Positions 1 to 9,106 of a DNA stretch of 64,000 bases are shown here, piece after piece (the stretch's first letter is position 1; every line of letters begins with the position of its first letter). The DNA is taken from NCBI GenBank assembly GCA_020632475.1, contig JACKFM010000001.1:272125-336124 (forward strand), read 5' to 3'. The stretch comes from Candidatus Omnitrophota bacterium. Its GTDB lineage: Bacteria > Omnitrophota > Omnitrophia > Omnitrophales > Aquincolibacteriaceae. The position numbers were made by a program, and so were the translations under genes. The notes beneath the pieces are model-generated. The model saw nothing but the letters and a program-made list of their open reading frames with translations. It was not told where the DNA came from and searched no databases.

Positions 1-303
1 GTAAGAGCACTCACTGTAGTGATAGCCTTCTGATCTCTTCTCGCTTTTGTTCTTACGTTCACCCTGAATGGTGAGCAGATTACCCTTTACGCTGATCTCT
101 AAATCTTCTTTTTTGAGTCCGGGTAAATCTGTATGCACGAGGAATTTATCTTTTTCCTCGTCAATCTCGACCGCAGGGTTAAAGTTACGAACCCACGAAT
201 TTTCACGGGTCAAAGAACGGTTAAAAACTCGGTTAATGTCCGTTTGTAAATCGTTTAAGAGATTAAACGGATCCCAAACCTCTCGTTTTCTGATCAGTTC
301 CAT
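1..303 (-). CDS. Hsp20/alpha-crystallin family small heat-shock protein (3' end of gene runs off the window start)
   Basis: Reverse-complement translation from ATG at 303-301 gives MELIRKREVWDPFNLLNDLQTDINRVFNRSLTRENSWVRNFNPAVEIDEEKDKFLVHTDLPGLKKEDLEISVKGNLLTIQGERKNKSEKRSEGYHYSECSY, the classic alpha-crystallin domain pattern (P-x-V/A-D-I...DLPG.KKEDL.I.....L.I.GER). AGGAGG RBS lies 7-12 nt upstream (rc of 310-315). It is absent from the supplied ORF track because there is no stop codon inside the window. Confidence 0.9.
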   Translation of the reverse strand, partial: MELIRKREVWDPFNLLNDLQTDINRVFNRSLTRENSWVRNFNPAVEIDEEKDKFLVHTDLPGLKKEDLEISVKGNLLTIQGERKNKSEKRSEGYHYSECSY

Positions 304-484
304 GTTAATTCCTCCTTAGAATCCAAAGCTTTTTACCCTTGAAGCAGGGAGCAAAGCTGTTACATGTTTTCTGAAGGATATTAATCAAGATGCATGCCAC
401 TTCTAGTAACGCTTGGGACATGCCATAAGTTTCAGAAATCTAAAGGGGTTAGTAAAAATAGCCACATATCGTAGAGTAAAAGAT

Positions 485-514
485 GTGTGACAGAAATGTG
501 TTTTTTTGTCACAC
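485..514 (-). terminator. inverted repeat gtgtgaca...tgtcacac downstream of the helicase gene, between helicase and hsp20
   Basis: On the minus strand it reads gtgtgacaaaaaaacacatttctgtcacac followed by atctttt, an 8-bp stem with a weak U-tract about 45 nt after the helicase stop. It could alternatively be an operator for the downstream hsp20. Confidence 0.3.
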
Positions 515-554
515 GACGTGTGTTCACCGGACACATCGTGCCCGTCAACAGAAC

Positions 555-3500
555 CTAAAACATTTCAAGCTGGGATTTTTTTGCGGAAGTTCTTGGGGCG
601 TAACGGTTTGCACCGCGTTCAACCAACTCTTCTTCGATTGCTTTTAAAAAGGGAGATGCTTTTTGTTCGCAGACTTTTCCATTCACAACCCGTTTGAGCG
701 CATGAGAGAGGATCAGTTTATCTTTAGCCCGGGTCATGCCGACAAAAAACAGACGGCGTTCCTCAGCCAGGTCTTCATCGCTAATTTCAGGGCCCCAATG
801 CAGCGGCAAAAGGCCTTCTTCGCATCCGGTAATAAAGACGACAGAAAATTCCAGCCCTTTGGCGGCATGCAGTGTAAGCAATGAAACTCTGTCGGCGCGA
901 GGGTCCCAGGTGTCGGCATCCTGGCCTAAGTGAACGGCGGTTAGGAAGTTGTCGCGCTCACCTTGATTTTCGGCTATCAGCATACGCAGTCTTTCAATGA
1001 CGGGATGATTTTTCTGAAGTGAAGTATTTTGGGCCAGAATTTCCTGGGAGGCCTTTTCAAACCATTCAAAAAGATTTTCACTATCCGGTATTTTCTCAAG
1101 ACGGGTGAGATATTGAGCGGCCACTGGATTTTCGTTAAAAGGCACATGGCCTTTGCGTTGAAAAGGAATACCAGAGCGTTCAAAGGCTTCTTCAAGTAGT
1201 GCAGCCTGTTTTTCTGTACGGTAAAGCACGGAAAAATCCGAAAAACCATAATTACGGCCGTCACCTTCACTGCGTTTGCTGTCGATCGAAAAAAATGAAA
1301 AGCCGCCGATAAGCTGTTCAATTGCATGGACGACATGCTCGGCTTCGGCGCGATCGGTGGGAGCGTGGTGGATGGCGATTTTACCCGTATCCGCCAGGAG
1401 CGCGACGGCTTCACGTTCAGGATCCAGGCTTGCGGGACGGATCATCTGCATGGAAGCCGACAAAATGGTTTTACCCGAACGATAATTGTGTTTGAGACGA
1501 ACATGTCGGGCTGATTTAAAGTCTCGGCGAAATTTTAAAAAGAAACCGACGTCGGCGCCGCGAAAACGATAAATCGACTGATCGGGATCCCCGATGACAC
1601 AGAGATTTTCTTTGGGGCCGGTCAAAAGCCGGATCAGGCGATATTGCAGCGCATCAATGTCCTGATACTCATCGGCAGAAATCCAGGAGTAGCGTTTTTG
1701 ATAACCGGCTTGTATCCCTGCATTTTCTTCAAGGAGACGGCAGGGAAGCAGCATGAGATCGTCATAATCCAGCCAGCCCTCACGGTCTTTTTGTGTCTCA
1801 AAAACTGAAAGTGCTTTTTGAACCTCAGGATCTTTTTCGGATGAGCCGCGTTTGGTTTTTGAAACAGCGCGGCAGAGTTTTTGAGCTTTTGATGTGCTGA
1901 TCTGTAAGGCTTTTGCCAGGAAGGACTGCCTTTCCTCATCACTTGTGACTCTGAAAGAGCGCGGCAGGCCCAGAAGCAGGCGGTTTTCACGGATGATTTC
2001 ATAACCCAGAGCATGAAAAGTCAAAATGGGAATGCGTTTGTAGACCATGGGACAAAGGGTTTTAAGCCGTGTACGCATTTCTTCACAGGCCCGGCGTGTA
2101 AAAGTAAGTGTCAGACACTTTTCGGGTGCTACCCCGTGTTCGCTGATCAGAGCGGCAACGCGGTGTGTAAGGGTGCGTGTTTTGCCTGATCCCGGTCCGG
2201 CCGTGATGATCAAGGGTCCGTCTGTGATTTCGACCGCGGTTAATTGTTCACTGTCAAGGTGGTCTTTAAGAACGGCTCCGGGAGTTTCTTTAGGGGAACC
2301 TTCGAAATTCTCTGTGATTTTATTTTCGGAGGTCAGAGCCTTTTTCTTCGGCTCTGAAGATTCTTTTTTTTCTGAGTTCAGCCCTTGTGCAAAATCAAAA
2401 AGGACCCCGGCCGAAACCGGGTTCTTGAGTTCTTTCTCGGTAAAAAGTTTAATCTTGCCATATTCGCCGTCGTAACCGGCATCGCGAATGACGCGGCCTT
2501 CGCGCATGCGTGAAATGGCTTCGGTAATGAGTGTTGAAGAGGCATTTTTAATGTCGTCGATAGGAATGCTGCTTAAAATGTCGAGTTCGGAACCAAGTTT
2601 GGAGAGCAGTCCTTCATAGGCATGTCCGACTTTTTGTGAACTCGGCCCCGACTGTACGGTCTCTGAAATAATTTCAGGCAAGGGTATGAAATTTTTAAAA
2701 TCATCGGTGTTTTCGGGTTTTTCATTTTCCTTGCGGTCCGCAAGTTCTTCAACGCGATAGAGAACACCGAGAGTTAAAGGTTTGTGGCATTCGGGGCATA
2801 GGCCTCCGTTTTGACGGCTCTCGGCAGGATTTAACCGTACACCGCATTTGCGGTGTCCGTCCATATGATATTTGCCCTCTTCGGGAAAAAATTCGATGGT
2901 TCCGCCGAAGTGTTCGCCGGTCTCAAGCGATTTTTTCATGGCAAAATAATCCAGTTCACTATGGAAAATAGTTGCTTCACGTCCAAGTTTTGCGGGTGAA
3001 TGGGCATCTGAATTGGAAATCAGACGATAGCGATCCAGTCCCGAAACACGCCAATTCATTTCCGGATCGGATGACAAACCGGTCTCGACCGCAAAGACAT
3101 GGTCCGCCAAATCCCCATAACAATCGGCGATGGAATCAAAACCCGATTTAGAACCCAGAACCGCAAACCATGGTGTCCAGATATGCGCGGGCACTAAGAA
3201 ACAATCCGGCCCGCCGTTTTCTAAAACAATTTCAAGCAGATGCCGGGAATCAAGCCCGAGAATCGGACGTCCGTCCGAGCGGATGTTACCGATGCTGCCC
3301 AGTTTGGCATTGATTTTTTCAGCCTGTGCAATCGTGGGGGCATAGATCAAATGATGAACTTTGCGGGTCTTATCGCCCTTTTTATAGATGGTCGAAATTT
3401 CGACCGAAAGCATAAATCGTGTTTTGCCGTGGCAGGCGGGAGGGAGCGTTTTCAGAATGTCCTGTTCAAGGTCATCGCGCAATTTAAAAAGACCGGGTTC

Positions 3501-3677
3501 GGCCGGCACCAGTTTATCTTTAATCTCGGCAATCCATGCGGGGTGGGTGAAGTCCCCGGTACCGATTACGGTGATGCCTTTTTTGCGGCCCCAATAAGTC
3601 AGGTGTTCAAGGTCACAGTCCTTACTGGTAGCCCGGGAGTATTTGGAGTGAATATGCAGATCTGCGTAGAAAGACAT
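555..3677 (-). CDS. PHP-domain phosphoesterase fused to a UvrD/Rep-type superfamily-1 DNA helicase
   Basis: 1040-aa ORF. The N-terminus MSFYADLHIHSKYSRA carries the PHP HxH metal-binding signature plus a zinc-ribbon CPECHKPLT. The C-terminal half has Walker A GPGSGKT, the UvrD motif II ISADEYQD and other SF1 helicase motifs (TFH, GMTRAK). Confidence 0.85.
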   Translation of the reverse strand: MSFYADLHIHSKYSRATSKDCDLEHLTYWGRKKGITVIGTGDFTHPAWIAEIKDKLVPAEPGLFKLRDDLEQDILKTLPPACHGKTRFMLSVEISTIYKKGDKTRKVHHLIYAPTIAQAEKINAKLGSIGNIRSDGRPILGLDSRHLLEIVLENGGPDCFLVPAHIWTPWFAVLGSKSGFDSIADCYGDLADHVFAVETGLSSDPEMNWRVSGLDRYRLISNSDAHSPAKLGREATIFHSELDYFAMKKSLETGEHFGGTIEFFPEEGKYHMDGHRKCGVRLNPAESRQNGGLCPECHKPLTLGVLYRVEELADRKENEKPENTDDFKNFIPLPEIISETVQSGPSSQKVGHAYEGLLSKLGSELDILSSIPIDDIKNASSTLITEAISRMREGRVIRDAGYDGEYGKIKLFTEKELKNPVSAGVLFDFAQGLNSEKKESSEPKKKALTSENKITENFEGSPKETPGAVLKDHLDSEQLTAVEITDGPLIITAGPGSGKTRTLTHRVAALISEHGVAPEKCLTLTFTRRACEEMRTRLKTLCPMVYKRIPILTFHALGYEIIRENRLLLGLPRSFRVTSDEERQSFLAKALQISTSKAQKLCRAVSKTKRGSSEKDPEVQKALSVFETQKDREGWLDYDDLMLLPCRLLEENAGIQAGYQKRYSWISADEYQDIDALQYRLIRLLTGPKENLCVIGDPDQSIYRFRGADVGFFLKFRRDFKSARHVRLKHNYRSGKTILSASMQMIRPASLDPEREAVALLADTGKIAIHHAPTDRAEAEHVVHAIEQLIGGFSFFSIDSKRSEGDGRNYGFSDFSVLYRTEKQAALLEEAFERSGIPFQRKGHVPFNENPVAAQYLTRLEKIPDSENLFEWFEKASQEILAQNTSLQKNHPVIERLRMLIAENQGERDNFLTAVHLGQDADTWDPRADRVSLLTLHAAKGLEFSVVFITGCEEGLLPLHWGPEISDEDLAEERRLFFVGMTRAKDKLILSHALKRVVNGKVCEQKASPFLKAIEEELVERGANRYAPRTSAKKSQLEMF

Positions 3678-3735
3678 GACTTTATTATAAACTGTCTATA
3701 ACCTATTGGTCTACAGTCCATAGTCTGCTATGATC

Positions 3736-3843
3736 TTTTTGAATATTTCACCAGTCCGCAAAGATTCTCCGGCGCTCAGACATCCTCGGTCCTTACGGGC
3801 CTGCGGAACTCGCGCCGGGAGAACTTTCGTCCTGTTGAAATAA
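3736..3843 (+). repeat. copy 1 of a roughly 105-bp structured intergenic repeat (candidate ncRNA/regulatory element) between the divergent helicase and ppnP genes
   Basis: tttgaatatttcaccagtccgcaaagattctccGGCGCtcagacatcctcggtccttacgggcctgcggaactcGCGCCgggagaactttcgtcctgttgaaata aligns at roughly 90% identity with 8944-9046. Terminal inverted arms are tttcaccag / ctgGtgaaa. Confidence 0.6.
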
Positions 3844-3934
3844 CATCAATTTTTGATTCTTTCTTTTGCAGGGATGACAAGAAAACCTGTACACGGCGTT
3901 AAAATAATATGTTTTCAATGAAAGGGAAAGTTCA

Positions 3935-4252
3935 ATGAGCGAATTTAAAGAAGTCAGTGTGATTAAAAAAGCCAATGTCTATTTCGGTGGTAAAGTGACC
4001 AGTCGTACGATTCAATTCCAGGACGGCTCAAAGAAAACATTGGGTTTTATGCAGGCCGGTGAATATGAATTTGGAACTGCTGCGCCTGAATGCATGGAGG
4101 TTCTAAGCGGAGCCTGTCAGGTGCAATTAGCAGGGCAGTCTGAATGGACGAATTATGAAGAAGGGCAGAGTTTTGATGTGCCCGGTAATTCGAAATTTAA
4201 AATAAAAATTGCCGATATTCTTGATTACTGTTGTGCCTTTATTGAAAAATGA
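3935..4252 (+). CDS. ppnP: pyrimidine/purine nucleoside phosphorylase PpnP (YaiE/DUF1255 family)
   Basis: 105 aa. ANVYFGGKVTSRTIQF...GEYEFGTAAPECMEVLSGACQV...FDVPGNSKFKIKI matches the conserved YaiE/PpnP cupin-like pattern. The stop overlaps the next start (ATGA at 4249-4252). Confidence 0.8.
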   Translation: MSEFKEVSVIKKANVYFGGKVTSRTIQFQDGSKKTLGFMQAGEYEFGTAAPECMEVLSGACQVQLAGQSEWTNYEEGQSFDVPGNSKFKIKIADILDYCCAFIEK

Positions 4253-4614
4253 TTGTCCCTTCATTTCAGAGACTGGCACAGTCGAAATTCAGAGCAGGTT
4301 TTAGGCTAAAGGGTAAAGATCTGGAATATGCCCTTGCCAAAGATGCTGCGGTTTTGCGTCGGCATGCGTTTGATTTTATCCGTAAACGGCTGGCGCCCGA
4401 AAACCCTTTTAAAGACGGTAAGCAGACACCGTTTCGCGGTCATCCGGTATTTGTGGCTCAGCACGCAACGGCCACCTGCTGCCGCTCCTGTTTGAAAAAG
4501 TGGTATTGCATTCCTCGAAACCGCGCATTGAATGAGACGGAAATTGAAAGAATCGCCGATGTCTTGATTTCATGGATTGACCGCCAATGCAGCGCCTCCT
4601 TAAAAAGAATATGA
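4249..4614 (+). CDS. DUF4186 family protein
   Basis: 121 aa with the conserved HATATCCRSCLKKWY block typical of DUF4186. Translationally coupled to its neighbours by ATGA overlaps at both ends. Confidence 0.65.
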   Translation: MIVPSFQRLAQSKFRAGFRLKGKDLEYALAKDAAVLRRHAFDFIRKRLAPENPFKDGKQTPFRGHPVFVAQHATATCCRSCLKKWYCIPRNRALNETEIERIADVLISWIDRQCSASLKRI

Positions 4615-5423
4615 AAATAATAAAACCTTTAGGGTTGTTGATGGCCATTCTTCTTTTGCAGCCGATTTCGCTTTGGGGCGGAACGGATTGGAATGTTCTG
4701 TCGGATTCGGAAAAACAGGTGCTTGAGAGGATTCTGGATCACTGGCAGACTTGGGTGCCCGAGCGTAAAAGCAGCGGAACGGCCGTGATGATGACGTTTG
4801 AAGAGCTTTATGACGGATTAGGAGAAGAAGAAAGCGGTTTTCTTGACCGTTTGCGGGCCATAGATCCAAAGAGGCAGTTTAATTTCCAGGGAGATTTCCT
4901 GGGGAGTGATACGGAGGAAGTTCGCTTCAAACGGGTTGAAAATCAATGGATTGAACGAAACGGAGAGCGTACGCTGCTTTATCCGCAGTATGTTCCTGAG
5001 CCTGTCTATCTCGCTTTTGAAAAAATGATGCGTGCGATGGAAAAGAAAATCGGTAAAAGACTTTTTATTGAATCCGGATTTCGCTCCTCGGCCTATCAGC
5101 TTTATACCTATGTTTATTACATCAATAACCACGCTTATTCATTAGTCGAGACAGGACACTGGGTGGCACTTCCGGGATATAGTGAACATGGCCAGCCGTC
5201 CGTACAGGCTTTGGACCTTATCAATGAACAGGGAATTAACGGCGACGATGACGGCCAAAGTGTTGAGGATTTTGAGAGTCTTCCCGAGTATGCCTGGCTA
5301 ATGGAGCACGGAAGTGAATATGGTTTTGTGCTTTCGTATCCGCGGGATAAACCCGGTATTACGTTTGAGCCCTGGCATTGGAGTTATAGGGGGCCTGCTG
5401 CATTGGGAGGGGGCAGGACTTAA
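4611..5423 (+). CDS. secreted D-alanyl-D-alanine carboxypeptidase, peptidase M15B (VanY-like)
   Basis: N-terminal signal peptide MKIIKPLGLLMAILLLQPISLWG. M15 zinc-peptidase motifs SGFRS, ALPGYSEHGQPSVQALDL (SxHxxGxAxD) and EYAWLMEHGSEYGFVLSYPRDK...EPWHW. The ATG at 4611 overlaps the upstream stop (ATGA); the track's alternative start is at 4587. Confidence 0.8.
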   Translation: MKIIKPLGLLMAILLLQPISLWGGTDWNVLSDSEKQVLERILDHWQTWVPERKSSGTAVMMTFEELYDGLGEEESGFLDRLRAIDPKRQFNFQGDFLGSDTEEVRFKRVENQWIERNGERTLLYPQYVPEPVYLAFEKMMRAMEKKIGKRLFIESGFRSSAYQLYTYVYYINNHAYSLVETGHWVALPGYSEHGQPSVQALDLINEQGINGDDDGQSVEDFESLPEYAWLMEHGSEYGFVLSYPRDKPGITFEPWHWSYRGPAALGGGRT

Positions 5424-5435
5424 GTCCTGTCCCCG
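5407..5435 (+). terminator. near-perfect palindromic hairpin (gggggcaggactTAAgtcctgtcccc) spanning the stop codon of the M15 peptidase gene
   Basis: 11-13 bp stem with one G-U pair and a ttaa centre. It shares the cctgtcccc arm with the intragenic gggacagg/cctgtccc repeat family. No strong U-tract follows, so its function as a terminator is uncertain. Confidence 0.35.
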
Positions 5436-5529
5436 TAAAGGTCTTTATGTTATATTGCGCAGTACTAGCAATTTTGAGTTCAGTAACTCACAATTTTAAG
5501 ATTGAAAAGGTGCTAGAAAGGATGTATTC

Positions 5530-6519
5530 ATGACTAACAAGCGCGTACTTTCGGGTATTCAGCCCACCGGAGGTATTCATCTGGGCAATTATCTCGGGGC
5601 CGTTCAGAATTGGGTGCGGTCGCAGGATGAATACGATAATATTTTCTGCATCGTTGATTTGCATGCCATTACGGTTTACCAAGACCCCAAAATTCTGCGT
5701 AAAAATATTCGCGAACTGGCCGGAATTCTTTTCGCCTGCGGACTGGATCCTCAGAAATGTTCTCTTTTTGTGCAATCGGATGTGACCGAACACACTGAAC
5801 TGACCTGGATTTTAAATTGCACAACGCCGATCGGATGGATGAAGAGGATGACTCAGTTTAAAGATAAATCCGATAAGCAAAAAGAAAAATCCACTATGGG
5901 TCTTTTCGATTACCCGGTTCTGATGGCTGCCGATATTCTTCTCTATGAAACCGATCTGGTGCCGGTCGGAGAAGATCAGAAGCAGCATGTGGAATTGACC
6001 CGTGATATTGCCGAGAAGTTCAACGGAACTTACGGCCCGACGTTTAAAATTCCGGAACCCGTGATTCCCAAAGTCGGTGCCCGGGTTATGGGGCTGGATG
6101 ATCCGGCCAAAAAGATGAGCAAGAGCGAAGAAAAACAGGGGCATGCCATTTTTCTTCTGGATGAACCGGATGTCATCCGTAAGAAGATTATGAGGGCCAC
6201 GACCGACTCCTTAACCACGATCCAGTTTGATGAAAGTAGAGCCGGTATTTATAACCTGCTGTGTATTTACCAGGTCTTAACCGGTGAGGGCAGAGATGCC
6301 ATTGAGAAGCATTTTGAAGGTAAAGGGTACGGTGATTTTAAAAAGGCCCTGGCCGAAGTGGTGATTGAATCATTGCGCCCGCTCCAGGAAAAATATCAGC
6401 AGATTATCGCGGATCCTCATTATGTGGAATCGTTGTTAAAACAGGGGGCTTCCAAGATCAGACCGATTGCCCGTCGCGTAGTGGATGCCGCCAAGGACCG
6501 TATCGGGCTGGGACTTTAA
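5530..6519 (+). CDS. trpS: tryptophan--tRNA ligase
   Basis: 329 aa. Class-I aaRS signature [10 protein letters not shown] (HIGH-type) and KMSKS. Overall TrpS-like architecture. Confidence 0.95.
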   Translation: MTNKRVLSGIQPTGGIHLGNYLGAVQNWVRSQDEYDNIFCIVDLHAITVYQDPKILRKNIRELAGILFACGLDPQKCSLFVQSDVTEHTELTWILNCTTPIGWMKRMTQFKDKSDKQKEKSTMGLFDYPVLMAADILLYETDLVPVGEDQKQHVELTRDIAEKFNGTYGPTFKIPEPVIPKVGARVMGLDDPAKKMSKSEEKQGHAIFLLDEPDVIRKKIMRATTDSLTTIQFDESRAGIYNLLCIYQVLTGEGRDAIEKHFEGKGYGDFKKALAEVVIESLRPLQEKYQQIIADPHYVESLLKQGASKIRPIARRVVDAAKDRIGLGL

Positions 6520-6531
6520 AAAGGTGTCCGG

Positions 6532-7512
6532 TTGATCGCAAATCTTTTTTTATTCTGGTTACTGTTAAATTCTGTTTTTCCTTACCTGACGACTCCTTAT
6601 CCGCAGGTTGAAATCTTTCTCACCTATCCGCCCCGCATTTTCTGTTTCGCGATGTGTTTCATCTTTGCGATTTATCTCTGGTGGAAGAAATCCCGCATCC
6701 GTCTGACGCTTTTATCATTTGCCGTCATTTTATTTGCAGTGCAGATCGGAATCGGCGGCGGATATAAGGCCGTACCTGCGGATGCCCTCAGACTCTTAAG
6801 CCTGAATACGCATGAGCAATTGGAATATGGTGAGGATTTGCATCAGATCTGTCTGGATAATCAGATCGATATCATCCTTTTGCAGGAGGTTGTGCCCAGC
6901 CACTGGGCACATATTGAAAAGGTTTTTTCGGAATATCAATTTTTCGTGCCGGATATGGACAAGGATATTAAATATAAATATTCATGGTCTTTTGCTTTGC
7001 TGACAGGGATTAGAAAGACACTCCTCAACGGGGCTCCGGTCGATGTTGAAACCGGAATCACACAGTACCGGTCATTTGCCGTAAAGGCCAATCTCCGAGG
7101 GCGCTGGATGTGGATCGCCAATGTGCATATGACTAAACCGATCTCGATTCATCAGGGTGTCCTTGGCTTTTTTGAACGCCTGCAGACAAAGGCCGCCTGG
7201 CATGCTGAGGAAGGGGCTTTGCTTAAAAAATGGGTTGAAGAGCATGATGATTTGCCTCTGATTGCTGCGGGAGACTATAACGCACCCTATTACTCAAGAT
7301 ATTTTCATTCAGCACTATTGACCAACGCACACCGTGCCTCCGGAAGCGGATGGCACTTAAGTTTTCCCAATGTCTTTCCTCTCTGGGGAATTGATCATAC
7401 TTTCGGTAACCGCTGGATCCAGTTTTATCAATATCAAACACCGGACTTGGGCTTTAGCGACCATCGGGCACAGGTTGTCTGGTTCGGCCTCAAAGATGGG
7501 GCGAAGCGATGA
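6532..7512 (+). CDS. membrane-anchored endonuclease/exonuclease/phosphatase (EEP) family protein
   Basis: Three N-terminal hydrophobic helices, then the EEP motifs IILLQEVV, AAGDYNAPY and GFSDHRAQV. The stop overlaps the phrB start (ATGA). Confidence 0.75.
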   Translation: MIANLFLFWLLLNSVFPYLTTPYPQVEIFLTYPPRIFCFAMCFIFAIYLWWKKSRIRLTLLSFAVILFAVQIGIGGGYKAVPADALRLLSLNTHEQLEYGEDLHQICLDNQIDIILLQEVVPSHWAHIEKVFSEYQFFVPDMDKDIKYKYSWSFALLTGIRKTLLNGAPVDVETGITQYRSFAVKANLRGRWMWIANVHMTKPISIHQGVLGFFERLQTKAAWHAEEGALLKKWVEEHDDLPLIAAGDYNAPYYSRYFHSALLTNAHRASGSGWHLSFPNVFPLWGIDHTFGNRWIQFYQYQTPDLGFSDHRAQVVWFGLKDGAKR

Positions 7513-8930
7513 GGGCGATTGTCTGGTTCCGGCAGGACTTAAGACTTGAGGATAATCCCGCACTGATAGCGGCTTGCAAAGATGCAGAAGCTGTCATTCC
7601 GATTTATATCCGGCCGATTGAAAAAAAATCCGCTTGGCCGCTTGGCGGGGCGTCGAAGTGGTGGCTGCATCATTCGCTCAAAAGTCTGGACTCTGATTTG
7701 CGCAAGGTAGGATCAAAATTGATTGTACGTCAGGGGGATTGTCTTGAAACGCTGCTTTCGATCATTGAAGAGACGGGAGCGCGCAGGATTTGTTGGAATC
7801 GCCGGTATGAACCGAAATCCATTGAATACGATAAAAAAATCAAAGCCCGGCTTTTAGAGCTTGGATATCAGGTTGAAAGTTTTAATGGACACCTGCTTTA
7901 TGAACCCTGGGAGATTAAGAACAAACAGGGTGACCCCTATCAGGTTTATACGGCATTTTGGAATCAGATTCACTCAATGAAAGAGCCGTCTAAACCCTTG
8001 AATGCCCCCAAACAAATTCCGACGCCGGATAAATGGCCGCAATCACTTCAAATTGACAAGCTGCAGCTTGAACCCCGGATTAAATGGGATACGGGTTTGC
8101 ATGCGCAGTGGATTCCCGGTGCTGCCGAGGGCCGCAAAAAACTCAAGACGTTTGCAAGAGAAGATGTGGAACACTATGCTTCAGAACGCGACCGGCCTGA
8201 TCACCGAGGGACTTCCGAGCTTTCGCCTTATTTGTGTTTTGGAGAGATTAGTGCGCGTATGGTTTGGCATGCGCTGCAAGGTGTTCCGAAATCAACCGAT
8301 TACCGGAGGCAGATTGTGTGGCGTGACTTTGCCTATCATTTGCTCTATTATTTCCCGCAGACGCCGAATAAAAATTTGAAAAAAAAATTCGATGCCTTTC
8401 CCTGGCAGCCGGACAAAACGCTATTGAAAGCCTGGCGGAAAGGGTGTACCGGTTATCCGGTCGTTGATGCGGGGATGCGTCAATTGTGGGGCACGGGCTG
8501 GATGCATAATCGTGTGCGTATGATTACCGCATCTCTTCTGGTTAAACATTTTTTAATTCCCTGGCAGAAGGGAGCCGAGTGGTTCTGGGATACGTTGGTG
8601 GATGCGGATCTGGCCAATAATACCATGGGGTGGCAGTGGGTTGCAGGGTGCGGGGCCGATGCCGCGCCGTATTTCAGAATTTTTAATCCCGTTCTGCAGG
8701 GTGAGAGGTATGACCCTGCCGGAGATTATGTGAGGCGTTGGGTACCTGAACTTGCAGGGCTTCCATCCAAATGGATTCACAAACCCTGGCAGGCTCCGGA
8801 TGAAATTCTAAGCAAGGCGGGAGTGAAGCTTGATCAAAATTATCCGAGGCCGGTGGTTGATCATGAATCGGGAAGAAGGCGGGCACTGATGGCCTATGAA
8901 AAGATTAAGGGTGGAGATCGTGCTAAGTAA
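7509..8930 (+). CDS. phrB: deoxyribodipyrimidine photolyase (class I CPD photolyase)
   Basis: 473 aa. The N-terminus VWFRQDLRLEDNPALIAA is nearly identical in pattern to E. coli PhrB. The FAD-binding domain motifs TGYPVVDAGMRQLWGTGWMHNRVRMITASLL and NTMGWQWVAG are present. Confidence 0.9.
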   Translation: MRAIVWFRQDLRLEDNPALIAACKDAEAVIPIYIRPIEKKSAWPLGGASKWWLHHSLKSLDSDLRKVGSKLIVRQGDCLETLLSIIEETGARRICWNRRYEPKSIEYDKKIKARLLELGYQVESFNGHLLYEPWEIKNKQGDPYQVYTAFWNQIHSMKEPSKPLNAPKQIPTPDKWPQSLQIDKLQLEPRIKWDTGLHAQWIPGAAEGRKKLKTFAREDVEHYASERDRPDHRGTSELSPYLCFGEISARMVWHALQGVPKSTDYRRQIVWRDFAYHLLYYFPQTPNKNLKKKFDAFPWQPDKTLLKAWRKGCTGYPVVDAGMRQLWGTGWMHNRVRMITASLLVKHFLIPWQKGAEWFWDTLVDADLANNTMGWQWVAGCGADAAPYFRIFNPVLQGERYDPAGDYVRRWVPELAGLPSKWIHKPWQAPDEILSKAGVKLDQNYPRPVVDHESGRRRALMAYEKIKGGDRAK

Positions 8931-8943
8931 TAGTGCATAAGTC

Positions 8944-9046
8944 TTTGAATGTTTCACCAGTCCGCAAAGATTCTCCGACGCTCAGACATCCTCGGCCCTT
9001 CGGTCCTGCGGAACTCGCGTCGAGAGAACTTTCGTCCTGGTGAAAT
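8944..9046 (+). repeat. copy 2 of the roughly 105-bp structured intergenic repeat, immediately after the phrB stop
   Basis: Same element as 3736-3843. The internal stem ccGACGC...GCGTCg replaces ccGGCGC...GCGCCg of copy 1, a compensatory double change that preserves pairing. Confidence 0.6.
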
Positions 9047-9106
9047 AGCTTCTAATTAATTTTCACTTAATGACTTAGTGTTTAGATAGATAAGGTAGAG
9101 GTGTGT

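Noticed and set aside
68-319. 83-aa + strand ORF from the track
   Set aside because: It lies entirely antisense to a textbook Hsp20 alpha-crystallin gene, which has a strong RBS and full motif set on the minus strand. No recognisable features, so spurious.
330-420. Sigma-54-like element TGGCAT-N5-TTGAT upstream of hsp20 (minus strand)
   Set aside because: The invariant GC of the -12 element is replaced by GA. Too weak to call without an accompanying enhancer-binding-protein context.
3870-3910. Sigma-70 promoter for ppnP (atgaca ... taaaat)
   Set aside because: Spacer would be 19-20 nt and the -35 is only 4/6. Not reported as a feature.
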